Part shown: positions 1 to 7,769 of the stretch, piece after piece
How positions within the stretch are numbered: the first letter of the stretch is position 1
Layout of the letters: each line of letters begins with the position of its first letter
Origin: Spirochaetales bacterium
Lineage (GTDB): Bacteria > Spirochaetota > Spirochaetia > JABEVK01
NCBI GenBank assembly: GCA_037142615.1
Contig: JBAXAI010000049.1
Coordinates: 1 to 25,227 of the forward strand
DNA length: 25,227 nt
Reading direction: 5' to 3'
Translations under genes and position numbers: made by a program
Notes under the pieces: model-generated
Databases searched by the model: none
What the model was told of the DNA's origin: nothing
The model's input: only the letters and a program-made list of their open reading frames with translations

Positions 1-4
1 TGCT

Positions 5-1285
5 TTATTCGATGAGCGTGTAGGCCTTCTCGTTATGCTGGGTGATGTCCAGGCCAATGGCCTCGTCCTTTTCACTGACACGAATGCCCATTGTCACCTT
101 GAGAAAAGCGAACAGCGCCAAACTGCCGCCAAACGCCCAAACGACAGTCACCACGACACCCTTGGCCTGGAGCAATAACGCTGCGGGGTTGCCGTAAAAA
201 AGACCCGCGAAACCGGCTCCCCCGTTCATTCCAAAGGGGGCAGTGACGAACGGTGCGGCAAAAAGTCCCACCCCGAGGGTTCCGACCACCCCCGCAACTC
301 CATGGACGCCAAAGGCATCGAGGCTGTCGTCGTAGCCGACGGCGTTTTTGACAAACACCACAAAGATGTAACACAGAGCGCCAGCCAGGAGCCCCAGCAC
401 CAGTGCCCCCGGCAGGGCCACGAACCCGGCCGCCGGGGTGATGACCACCAGTCCGGCCACCGCGCCCGAAGCGGCCCCCAAAATGGTGGGCTTTCTTTGC
501 AGCAGCCAGTCGAGCGCTGCCCACGCCAGGCCGGCAGCAGCAGCGGCCGTGTTTGTCATCACGAAGGCGCTCGAGGCCAGGCCGTCGGCGGCAAGACCGC
601 TTCCTGCGTTGAAGCCAAACCAACCGAACCACAGCATGGCCGCCCCGGTGAGCGTGTAGGTCAGGTTGTGTGGTGGAATCGCCCTCAGGTTGTTGCGGCG
701 TCCCAGCATCAAGGCCCCGGCGAGCGCGCTGAACCCGGAATTGATCTCGACCACCGTCCCGCCCGCGAAGTCCATCAGGCCGGCCTGGGCAAACAGGCCG
801 TGACTAGACCACACCATGTGAGCCACCGGAATGTAGACCACAAACAACCACAGCACCGAGAAAGCCAAGAACGCCGAAAACTTGATGCGCTCGGCAAAGG
901 CCCCCGAAATCACGGCCGGGGTGATCACCGCGAACATGCACTGAAAAATCACAAAGGTGAGGTGCGCGACGGGACCGTTGGGGTCGCTCACCGTGTAGGG
1001 GCTGGGGTCGTTCGAGCCAATGCCACCCAGGAAAGCCCAACGGAAGTCTCCCAGAATGCCCGGAACCAGTTCGGTCGGGCTAAAGGCCAGCGAATAGCCG
1101 ACGGTGACCCACAACAGACTGACCACGATGAGGCACACAAAGCTTTGCATCATCAGGCTGAGGATATTTTTCTTTTTGACGAGGCCCCCGTAGAACAGCC
1201 CGAGGGCCGGGACGGTCATGAACATGATCAGGGCAGAAGACAGCAGAACCCAGGAATTATTGGCGTGGTCGATCATTGGCAGCAT
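5..1285 (-). CDS. amtB: Ammonium transporter (Amt/Mep/Rh family)
   Basis: 426-aa highly hydrophobic protein with Amt motifs FQCMFAVITPAVISGA, DFAGGTVV, WFGWFGFNAGS, DDSLDAFGVHG and C-terminal GLDITQHNEKAY. GGAG RBS upstream. Lies directly downstream of a PII gene. Confidence 0.97.
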   Translation of the reverse strand: MLPMIDHANNSWVLLSSALIMFMTVPALGLFYGGLVKKKNILSLMMQSFVCLIVVSLLWVTVGYSLAFSPTELVPGILGDFRWAFLGGIGSNDPSPYTVSDPNGPVAHLTFVIFQCMFAVITPAVISGAFAERIKFSAFLAFSVLWLFVVYIPVAHMVWSSHGLFAQAGLMDFAGGTVVEINSGFSALAGALMLGRRNNLRAIPPHNLTYTLTGAAMLWFGWFGFNAGSGLAADGLASSAFVMTNTAAAAAGLAWAALDWLLQRKPTILGAASGAVAGLVVITPAAGFVALPGALVLGLLAGALCYIFVVFVKNAVGYDDSLDAFGVHGVAGVVGTLGVGLFAAPFVTAPFGMNGGAGFAGLFYGNPAALLLQAKGVVVTVVWAFGGSLALFAFLKVTMGIRVSEKDEAIGLDITQHNEKAYTLIE

Positions 1286-1331
1286 TCTCCGTGGATAGAA
1301 AGTTCAGGAATGTAGAAATTTGGCCCCGAAC

Positions 1332-1349
1332 TCCGACGACAATGTCGGA
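1332..1349. other. Small intergenic hairpin between glnK and amtB
   Basis: TCCGAC-gacaat-GTCGGA perfect 6-bp stem, extendable with bulges into the flanking GCCC/GGGC. No clear U-tract, so more likely an mRNA-stability or processing element than a terminator. Confidence 0.35.
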
Positions 1350-1366
1350 ACGGGCACAGGCTGGCC

Positions 1367-1708
1367 TTAGCCGATGGCGGTGGGGCCACGCTCTTCGGTA
1401 CGGATGCGCACGCACTCCTCCAGATTGTAGACGAAGATTTTCCCGTCGCCGAGTTCGCCCGTCTTGGCGCCCTTGACGATGGCCGCGATGGTGGTTTCGA
1501 CAAAGTCATCGTTGACGGCGATCTCGAGGCGGATTTTCCGCAGTAAATTGCCGCTTTCGCGGTGTCCACGGTACACTTCGGTCACTCCGCCCTGCCTGCC
1601 GTGGCCGAGCACTTCCGAGACCGTCATGAGTTGGATGTCGGCACCGTAGAGCGACTGTTTGACTTCTTCGAGCCGGAAGGGCTGAACGATGGCGATGATG
1701 AGCTTCAA
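1367..1708 (-). CDS. glnK: PII nitrogen regulatory protein (GlnK by linkage to amtB)
   Basis: TTG start at 1708, 7 nt after GGAGGT, giving 113 aa ([10 protein letters not shown]...). PII motifs Gx[32 protein letters not shown]. Confidence 0.95.
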   Translation of the reverse strand: MKLIIAIVQPFRLEEVKQSLYGADIQLMTVSEVLGHGRQGGVTEVYRGHRESGNLLRKIRLEIAVNDDFVETTIAAIVKGAKTGELGDGKIFVYNLEECVRIRTEERGPTAIG

Positions 1709-1733
1709 GAGCAGGACCTCCGAGGGCAAGTCC

Positions 1734-1750
1734 AAGCAAGAAGCATACCA
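1734..1750 (-). promoter_or_regulatory. Sigma54 (-24/-12) promoter of glnK-amtB
   Basis: Minus strand reads TGGTATGCTTCTTGCTT, i.e. GG-N10-GC with the TGG...TTGCT consensus. It sits in the 53-nt gap, with a predicted start site just upstream of the GGAGG RBS. Confidence 0.8.
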
Positions 1751-1761
1751 GTTTTCGGGAG

Positions 1762-2268
1762 CTAGCCCTGAGCTTGGTTATGTGCGTCGATGTCGAGCGC
1801 ATCCCAGGGGTACTGGATCCACAAATCGGGGATCTCGATGGCCTGGTAGACCACTGTACCCGAGGGAAACGAACCTTCTTTCGGCTTGTTCTTTTGGTGC
1901 AGCACGGCAACACGCATTTCGGCGGGGCCGTGAAAGCTCAGCTCGGCCAAACAGTAACTCAGCGTGACGCGGGTGTCGTCGACCTCGTCGACAATGAGGA
2001 TCTTCTTGCCCCGGAGCTTCTTTTCGACCTCGTCGAGCCACTGAATCTTGATCGGCACAGGATGGAGCGCGTGGTCTTCGTCGTAGCGTTGCAGGCCCAC
2101 CACGTAAATAGGCTTTTTCAGGTAGGTCTTGAGGATTCGCGCGGGGATGAACCCGCCCGAAGCGATGGCCACGAGGACGTCAGGTTCCCAGCCGTCGGCC
2201 TGAATCAGCCCTGCGAGCTTGGCGCACCCGCGGTGGACATCTTCATACGTGACCAGGAGTTTCTCCAT
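1762..2268 (-). CDS. Type I phosphoribosyltransferase, xanthine/guanine/hypoxanthine PRT-like
   Basis: 168 aa with [18 protein letters not shown]-binding loop [14 protein letters not shown] and C-terminal WIQYPWD. Confidence 0.88.
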   Translation of the reverse strand: MEKLLVTYEDVHRGCAKLAGLIQADGWEPDVLVAIASGGFIPARILKTYLKKPIYVVGLQRYDEDHALHPVPIKIQWLDEVEKKLRGKKILIVDEVDDTRVTLSYCLAELSFHGPAEMRVAVLHQKNKPKEGSFPSGTVVYQAIEIPDLWIQYPWDALDIDAHNQAQG

Positions 2269-2269
2269 G

Positions 2270-2776
2270 CTAGAACCAGACCCGCGCGCCAGCTTCGGCT
2301 TGGAACAACCACCCGGGGGTCACCGGGTCGTGGAAGGTGATACCGAAAGCAGGGGTTGCGTCGACGAAGAACTCGAGGAACTTCACCGGTGTCCAGTTGA
2401 CGCCGAAGGGAATGCGCAGGCCCAGGTCGAAACGGGAGGTAGGACCAAACGCCGGGGCCACGTAGATGCTGGTATACACCCCGGGACCCATGAAGAAGTT
2501 GATGTTCCACGGCTGGTAGATGGGCTGGTTGTACAGCACCCAGTCGGAGGTCAGCCCCAGAAAGTTGGCGGCGGTCGAACTGAACGAGAAGTTGAACCCG
2601 AACACGGGAGCGATGCCCGGAATCTTGCCCGTGATACCCAGCCCGTTGAGGGGGCTGCTGGTGATGCCCAGCACGTTCAGCGAATACACAGGCCCGACGG
2701 CGACGGCGCCCGACTGGGCACCTGCGGGGAACAGCGCGGCGAAGGTCACCACGACGACAAGGAGGAGTTTTTTCAC
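2270..2776 (-). CDS. Small outer-membrane beta-barrel, DUF3996 / Borrelia BB0405-like family
   Basis: Signal peptide MKKLLLVVVVTFAALFPAGA. Amphipathic aromatic/Gly strands (GLRIPFGVNW, LEFFVDATPAFG). Terminal strand ends in Phe (AGARVWF). Confidence 0.72.
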   Translation of the reverse strand: MKKLLLVVVVTFAALFPAGAQSGAVAVGPVYSLNVLGITSSPLNGLGITGKIPGIAPVFGFNFSFSSTAANFLGLTSDWVLYNQPIYQPWNINFFMGPGVYTSIYVAPAFGPTSRFDLGLRIPFGVNWTPVKFLEFFVDATPAFGITFHDPVTPGWLFQAEAGARVWF

Positions 2777-2782
2777 CTTGTC

Positions 2783-2811
2783 ACTATGCCAAAACCTCCT
2801 GGAAAAGTCAA
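2783..2811 (-). promoter_or_regulatory. Sigma70-type promoter of the OMP-PRT pair (probably leaderless)
   Basis: TTGACT-17 nt-CATAGT with TGn extension, followed 6 nt later by the GTG start at 2776. Confidence 0.6.
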
Positions 2812-2855
2812 AGACCCGTCTTCTTTTTTGCCACGAAACCGGCTACCATGGTCGC

Positions 2856-3920
2856 ATGGAAAACGAGATAGTTCTAACTGCCCAGGATCTGGAAGGTCTG
2901 CTGACCGCCGAGGATCTGGACGACATTCACCGGCTGGAGGCCACCTTCACGCTGGCCATGGATTCCTTCAAGCTGCTGGCCGCCTCGCCCAATGAAAACA
3001 CGGCGGCCCGTGAGAAAGACAAGATCATCGAGCTGTACAACACGATGGGCAAGGCGCTTCAGGAAGTGACGGCCAAGTTTCCGCGCATCAAGGTCTATCC
3101 CTTCGAGACCCCGACACTTCTGCACGCCGAAGCCAGCCGCCTGATCGCGAAACTTCGCGACGAGCGTACCGGTCACGACGAGTTTGTGTACTACATCCAG
3201 CGGGCGTACGAACTGCTGTTCAACCTCGCTTTCGGGGTCACCAGCAGCAGCCAGAAGCACCACCTGATCGTCAAGACGCCGGTTACCCAGCCGGTGCAGA
3301 ACTTCGCGGTGCACAAGATTCCCGACGTCGATGCCAAAATCGAGAACTCGGTGATGTGCGTCATGCTGCGGGGCGCTCTGCTTCCCTCCATGATTTTGTC
3401 CAAAGAGATTCAGGAAAACTCGTCCACGGGCTACGTGACCCCGTTTGCCTTGTTCCGCATCAAGCGCAACGACCACCGCAAACAGGCCGACATGGAGTAC
3501 GTGCTCGACCTCAAGAAGTCGTTCTTCCACTGGGAAGACCTGCAGGGCAAAGACCTGATTTTTGCCGACCCGATGAATGCGACCGGCGGCAGTCTGGTCA
3601 CCATCGTCAAGTTCCTCAAGGATAAAAACATCAAGCCGCGTTCGATCATGTTTTTCAACGTGATCAGCGCGCTGAGGGGAGCGCTCAATGTGGTGAGGGC
3701 CCTCGACGACGTGACGATCTACACCCTTTGGATGGACCCGGTGCTCAACGACAAGGCCTACATCATGCCCGGGCTGGGCGACGCCGGCGACCGCCTCAAC
3801 GGTCGCGACGCCGAGGACCTTCCTCGTAACATGATCCAACTGCTGGGCGACTACGGCCCGAATATTCTCAGCCTTTACCGCTCGCAGGTGCGAAAAATCG
3901 AGGAGACCATTCTCGGATGA
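2856..3920 (+). CDS. upp: Uracil phosphoribosyltransferase, long form
   Basis: Start at ATG 2856 (MENEIV...), 354 aa. Motifs MLRGAL, LIFADPMNATGGSL (PRPP loop) and YIMPGLGDAGDR (uracil-binding). Confidence 0.9.
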   Translation: MENEIVLTAQDLEGLLTAEDLDDIHRLEATFTLAMDSFKLLAASPNENTAAREKDKIIELYNTMGKALQEVTAKFPRIKVYPFETPTLLHAEASRLIAKLRDERTGHDEFVYYIQRAYELLFNLAFGVTSSSQKHHLIVKTPVTQPVQNFAVHKIPDVDAKIENSVMCVMLRGALLPSMILSKEIQENSSTGYVTPFALFRIKRNDHRKQADMEYVLDLKKSFFHWEDLQGKDLIFADPMNATGGSLVTIVKFLKDKNIKPRSIMFFNVISALRGALNVVRALDDVTIYTLWMDPVLNDKAYIMPGLGDAGDRLNGRDAEDLPRNMIQLLGDYGPNILSLYRSQVRKIEETILG

Positions 3921-4837
3921 AACCCGTGCCCGCCTTGGTTGTTGTGCTACTTCTCGCCCTCGGCTCCTGCACCACGATGGGTGAGGCAACAGTCTTGCTG
4001 GGCAAAGAGTACTACAATTTGGGCAACACCTACTTCGAGCTCAAAAGGTTCGATCAGGCGGCGAGGGCCTACCAGACGGCTCTCGGCTATGACGGCACGC
4101 TGAAAATCGCCACCCTCAACCTGGCCCGCACCAAGGCCGAGCTCGGCGATACCGCTGCGGCGCTTGACCTCTTGACGCCGCTGGCCGTCGCCGACCCCAA
4201 GAACCTCGTGGTGGCGCAGCAAATGGCCTGGCTGCTGTACAAGGCGGGTTTGCATGAAAAAGCAGCTGGCAAATGGTTGGAACTGGCCGACGAATTGCCT
4301 GGAGACGCGCCAACACAGTTCAACGCAGGGATTTCCCTGCTCGCCGCCGAGCGCAAGAGCGACGCGCTGGGCCCGCTCGACAAATGGTACGCCCTGGACG
4401 GCAAGAATGCCGCCGGGGTGTTGCTATTGGCCGACTTGGTGGCCGAAACCGGCGACGACGAGAAGGCCGGCAAGTTGTATCAGGCAGGGCTGGACCTCTC
4501 AGAAGATCGGGATGCGACCCGCAAGGGCCTAGCGACCGGTCTGGCAAGGTCGCTGGAAGCCCAAAAACGGTACGGCGACGCCGTCGATGCCTGGAAAGCG
4601 GCCCTTGACCTCCCTTCCGGCGAAAAAGACACGTTGCAGGGCGAACGATGGTTCCGACTGGCCCGGCTTCAGCTCATCGAGTTGGAGCAGTATGACGAGG
4701 GACTCAAGTCGCTTCTTGAGGCGTGGAAGGCCAAGTACGACACGCCTGAGGTCTGGAAGTCGCTCTTGGCCGAGCCCGACCTGCTCTACCGGAGTGCCCT
4801 CGAAACCGACCTGAAGGTCGCGGGGGTCACCTGGTGA
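3917..4837 (+). CDS. TPR-repeat lipoprotein
   Basis: Lipoprotein signal ending LLLALGS-C. TPR-like helices (YYNLGNTYFELKRFDQAARAYQTAL and others). ATGA overlap with upp. Confidence 0.82.
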   Translation: MKPVPALVVVLLLALGSCTTMGEATVLLGKEYYNLGNTYFELKRFDQAARAYQTALGYDGTLKIATLNLARTKAELGDTAAALDLLTPLAVADPKNLVVAQQMAWLLYKAGLHEKAAGKWLELADELPGDAPTQFNAGISLLAAERKSDALGPLDKWYALDGKNAAGVLLLADLVAETGDDEKAGKLYQAGLDLSEDRDATRKGLATGLARSLEAQKRYGDAVDAWKAALDLPSGEKDTLQGERWFRLARLQLIELEQYDEGLKSLLEAWKAKYDTPEVWKSLLAEPDLLYRSALETDLKVAGVTW

Positions 4838-5646
4838 GGCTGATGGGAATCGTCAACACCACGCCCGACTCGTTCTACGGCTCGAGCCGTGCCACCGGGG
4901 CCGACGGCGTCGCCCGCGGGCTGGCGCTCGAAGCCGAGGGGGCCCACGTGCTTGACGTTGGCGGCGAGTCGACGCGTCCTGGCTCGCTGCCGGTCGAGGC
5001 CGACGAAGAAATACGCCGGGTCGTCCCTGTGCTGACCGGCCTGAAACAGGCGGGATGCCAGCTGCCCTTGAGCATCGATACCCGAAAGTACCTCACCGCC
5101 AGGGCTGCCGTCGAAGCCGGCGCCACTTGGCTCAACGATGTTTCGGCGCTCGAGGACGACCCGAAGCTGGGGCCCTTCGCCGCCGAGGCGGGACTGACCG
5201 TGGTCCTGATGCACCATCAGGGCGACCCGGCCACCATGCAAAAAGCGCCCCATTACGACGACATCGGAACCGAAGTTCGGGACTACCTGAGCCGTCGTGT
5301 CGAGGCCGCGCTGGGGTGGGGCATCCGCGCCGAGAACCTCTACCTCGATCCGGGAATCGGCTTTGGAAAAACCCTCGGCCAAACCCTGGAACTGATCGCA
5401 GCATTGCCGCTTTTGGCGACCCTCGGCTTCCCTCTTCTGGTGGGGCTGTCACGAAAGTCCTTTCTGGGCAAGATCGACGAAGAAGCCGGTGCCGGGCCCA
5501 CACCGGTGGAACAGAGGCTGGCCTCCTCGCTCGCCGGAGCGCTGGCCATGGCCGAAGCCGGCGTCGCCATGCTCCGCGTGCACGATGTGCTCGACACGGC
5601 TCGGGCCCTGAGGGCCTGGACCTGCCTGAAACCAGGGGGACGCTGA
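4834..5646 (+). CDS. folP: Dihydropteroate synthase
   Basis: Motifs MGIVNTTPDSF, DVGGESTRPG, SIDT, NDVSA, DPGIGFGK, GLSRKSF, RVHDV. Confidence 0.96.
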   Translation: MRLMGIVNTTPDSFYGSSRATGADGVARGLALEAEGAHVLDVGGESTRPGSLPVEADEEIRRVVPVLTGLKQAGCQLPLSIDTRKYLTARAAVEAGATWLNDVSALEDDPKLGPFAAEAGLTVVLMHHQGDPATMQKAPHYDDIGTEVRDYLSRRVEAALGWGIRAENLYLDPGIGFGKTLGQTLELIAALPLLATLGFPLLVGLSRKSFLGKIDEEAGAGPTPVEQRLASSLAGALAMAEAGVAMLRVHDVLDTARALRAWTCLKPGGR

Positions 5647-6458
5647 TGGATTCACTGCTCAACAGCTGGCTCGTCAAGACCATCCTCCGTCCGTTGCTCG
5701 ACGTCGGGGTGCTGTCGTTTCTCCTTTACAAGGGCTACCGGATCCTCTACCAGACCCGCGCCGTTCCGCTGATGCGCGGCATCATCCTGATGCTCATGGT
5801 TTACGGCTTGGCGGTCGGCCTTCAACTTGCCACGCTGACTTGGATTCTGAACTTCCTGGCGCCGGGCATCATTGTTGGTTTGGCCGTCGTGTTCCAGCCC
5901 GAATTGCGCAAAATCTTCACCCAGATCGGCCAGGGTGGCTGGCTCACACCGCAGGCCAAACCCAAGGCTTACCACGTCGATGCGGTTCTGTCGGCCTGCC
6001 GGCAGCTTTCCGACGTGCGCCGCGGAGCACTGATCACGTTCATCCGCAAGGTGGGGCTCAAGAACATCCTGGAGCGCGGCACCACGGTGGACGCCGAGCT
6101 TTCCTCGGCACTTCTGCTGACCATCTTCGGTCACGACACGGTTTTGCACGATGGGGGACTCATCGTCGAGGGTGGGCGCATCGTTTCGGCGGGGTGTTTC
6201 TACCCGCTTTCCGAAAATGCCACGCTTTCCAAGAGCTTCGGTACCCGCCACAGGGCTGCCCTCGGCCTGGCCGAAGAGACGGATGCCGTTACCGTGGTCG
6301 TGTCGGAAGAGTCGGGAAGCATCAGCCTGGCCTACAACGGCGCGCTCCATTACGACCTCAGGCCGGAAGAACTGCGGCGGCGCCTTAAGGACCTTCTCGA
6401 GTTCAAGGACGACGAAGAAGCGCCGGTACCCGTGGGAGACAGCCATGAAAAAGTTTGA
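5646..6458 (+). CDS. cdaA: Membrane-bound diadenylate cyclase (c-di-AMP synthase)
   Basis: ATG at 5646 (TGATG overlap with folP). Three N-terminal TM segments, then VVFQPELR, LHDGG, GTRHRAALG, VVVSEESG. Confidence 0.94.
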   Translation: MDSLLNSWLVKTILRPLLDVGVLSFLLYKGYRILYQTRAVPLMRGIILMLMVYGLAVGLQLATLTWILNFLAPGIIVGLAVVFQPELRKIFTQIGQGGWLTPQAKPKAYHVDAVLSACRQLSDVRRGALITFIRKVGLKNILERGTTVDAELSSALLLTIFGHDTVLHDGGLIVEGGRIVSAGCFYPLSENATLSKSFGTRHRAALGLAEETDAVTVVVSEESGSISLAYNGALHYDLRPEELRRRLKDLLEFKDDEEAPVPVGDSHEKV

Positions 6459-7404
6459 TGCGAGCCGACTGCTCGACCAGTGGCCTGCCAAGGTACTTGC
6501 CCTCGGGGCGGCACTCCTTTTGTTCCTGTTCAACCGCTTCGACTCGTTGCAGGTCAAGACCCTGTCGATTCCCCTGCGTCTGATGGCCGACACGACGCTG
6601 GTGCCCTCGCAGGAATGGAACAAACGCGTCAAGGTGACTCTACGCGGGTCCGAAGACGTGCTTTCGGCGCTCGACGAAACCTCGGTCGAGGTTCTGGCCG
6701 ACTTTTCGAGCCATCAGGGCGAAGGGTTGTGGAAAACCTCGCTCCAGGTGGTGCGCCATGGTGCGGCCGCCGAAGCGGATTCGCTCGAGATCCTGGTCGA
6801 TCCGCTGGAAATCTCGCTGGCCTTCGAAAAGAAACTGGTCAAGACCCTGCCGGTGCAGCCGAACTTTGTGGGTCAGCCGGGCAAGAACTACGAACTGTCG
6901 GGTTTCCAGGTGATTCCCTCGCTCGTCACGCTGGAAGGGCCTCGGTCGGTGGTCGAAAAGCTGACGGCTGTCACCACCGAACCTATCGAGCTGCGCGGAA
7001 AGACCGACACCTTCAAGCTCAGGGCCATCGTCAACCAGGAAAACACGCTCTTGAGCTACCCTTACGGTTCCACGGTCGAAGTTCAGGGTCTCATGACCTC
7101 GTCGCTGGCTTCGCTGGTGCTCGACGCCGTGGTGCCAACCCCGATCAACCTGAACTCGAGTCTGAGGCTTCAGTCTCCCCTTCCTCCGGTGAAAGTCAAA
7201 CTGCGCGGTACACCAGAGGCCCTTGCGGCGCTGGGGACCGGCGACAACGGTTCGCCTTCGGTGGTCCTGTTGGCCGACTTGGGCGCCTCGGCCATCCCGG
7301 GGGAGATCCCTGCGCTGCCGATCAAGGCCCAACTTCCCGACAACGTCGAGCTGGTTTCGCTGGAGCCGTCGACGGTGGCCGTTTACCTTGAGGTCAAGCC
7401 TTGA
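6445..7404 (+). CDS. cdaR: CdaR / YbbR-domain regulator of CdaA
   Basis: ATG at 6445 after GGGAG. One N-terminal TM (KVLALGAALLLFLF) and about three YbbR-like repeats (VKVTLRGS, VTLEGPRS, VKVKLRGT). Follows cdaA. Confidence 0.88.
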   Translation: MKKFDASRLLDQWPAKVLALGAALLLFLFNRFDSLQVKTLSIPLRLMADTTLVPSQEWNKRVKVTLRGSEDVLSALDETSVEVLADFSSHQGEGLWKTSLQVVRHGAAAEADSLEILVDPLEISLAFEKKLVKTLPVQPNFVGQPGKNYELSGFQVIPSLVTLEGPRSVVEKLTAVTTEPIELRGKTDTFKLRAIVNQENTLLSYPYGSTVEVQGLMTSSLASLVLDAVVPTPINLNSSLRLQSPLPPVKVKLRGTPEALAALGTGDNGSPSVVLLADLGASAIPGEIPALPIKAQLPDNVELVSLEPSTVAVYLEVKP

Positions 7405-7769
7405 TTGTGGGCGTTGGTACCGACTTGGTCGAAAACGTGCGCTTGGAAAGCTGGCTGAGCCAACCGCGCCTCCTGGAGCGGTACTTCACCGAAACCGAGC
7501 GCGAAGATTCCCTCACGGGCAGCCATCCTGCAGCGTCTTTGGCCGCCCGCTTTGCGGCCAAGGAGGCCTTTGGAAAGGCCGTGGGGACCGGTCTGGGCGG
7601 CCTGAACCTCCGCGATATCGAAACCCGGCGTGACGGTAGCGGCAGGCCGCGTTTAGAACTGGGGCCCACCGCGAGGCAGGCGCTGGCGCGAACGGGTGCC
7701 ACACGGGTTCATCTTTCCCTTTCGCACGAGAAGGGATATTCTTTGGCGTTTGTGATTGTGGAGGAATGA
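7401..7769 (+). CDS. acpS: Holo-[acyl-carrier-protein] synthase
   Basis: Motifs IVGVGTDLVE, LAARFAAKEAFGKA, GRP, HLSLSHE. Confidence 0.96.
   Translation: MIVGVGTDLVENVRLESWLSQPRLLERYFTETEREDSLTGSHPAASLAARFAAKEAFGKAVGTGLGGLNLRDIETRRDGSGRPRLELGPTARQALARTGATRVHLSLSHEKGYSLAFVIVEE

Noticed and set aside
5055-5645. N-terminal extensions of ORF-track calls (cdaA from 5055, upp from 2520, cdaR from 6151, priA from 9801, djlA from 13318, DUF6062 from 14058, pit from 23610) suggesting fusions
   Set aside because: The extensions overlap neighbouring real genes and look like off-frame translation. Downstream starts fit family N-termini and RBS or overlap patterns.
4834-5646. folP as a sul-type sulfonamide-resistance gene
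   Set aside because: It has the ordinary DPGIGFGK motif rather than the Sul-type GMGFF motif, and sits in a housekeeping operon with no mobile context.
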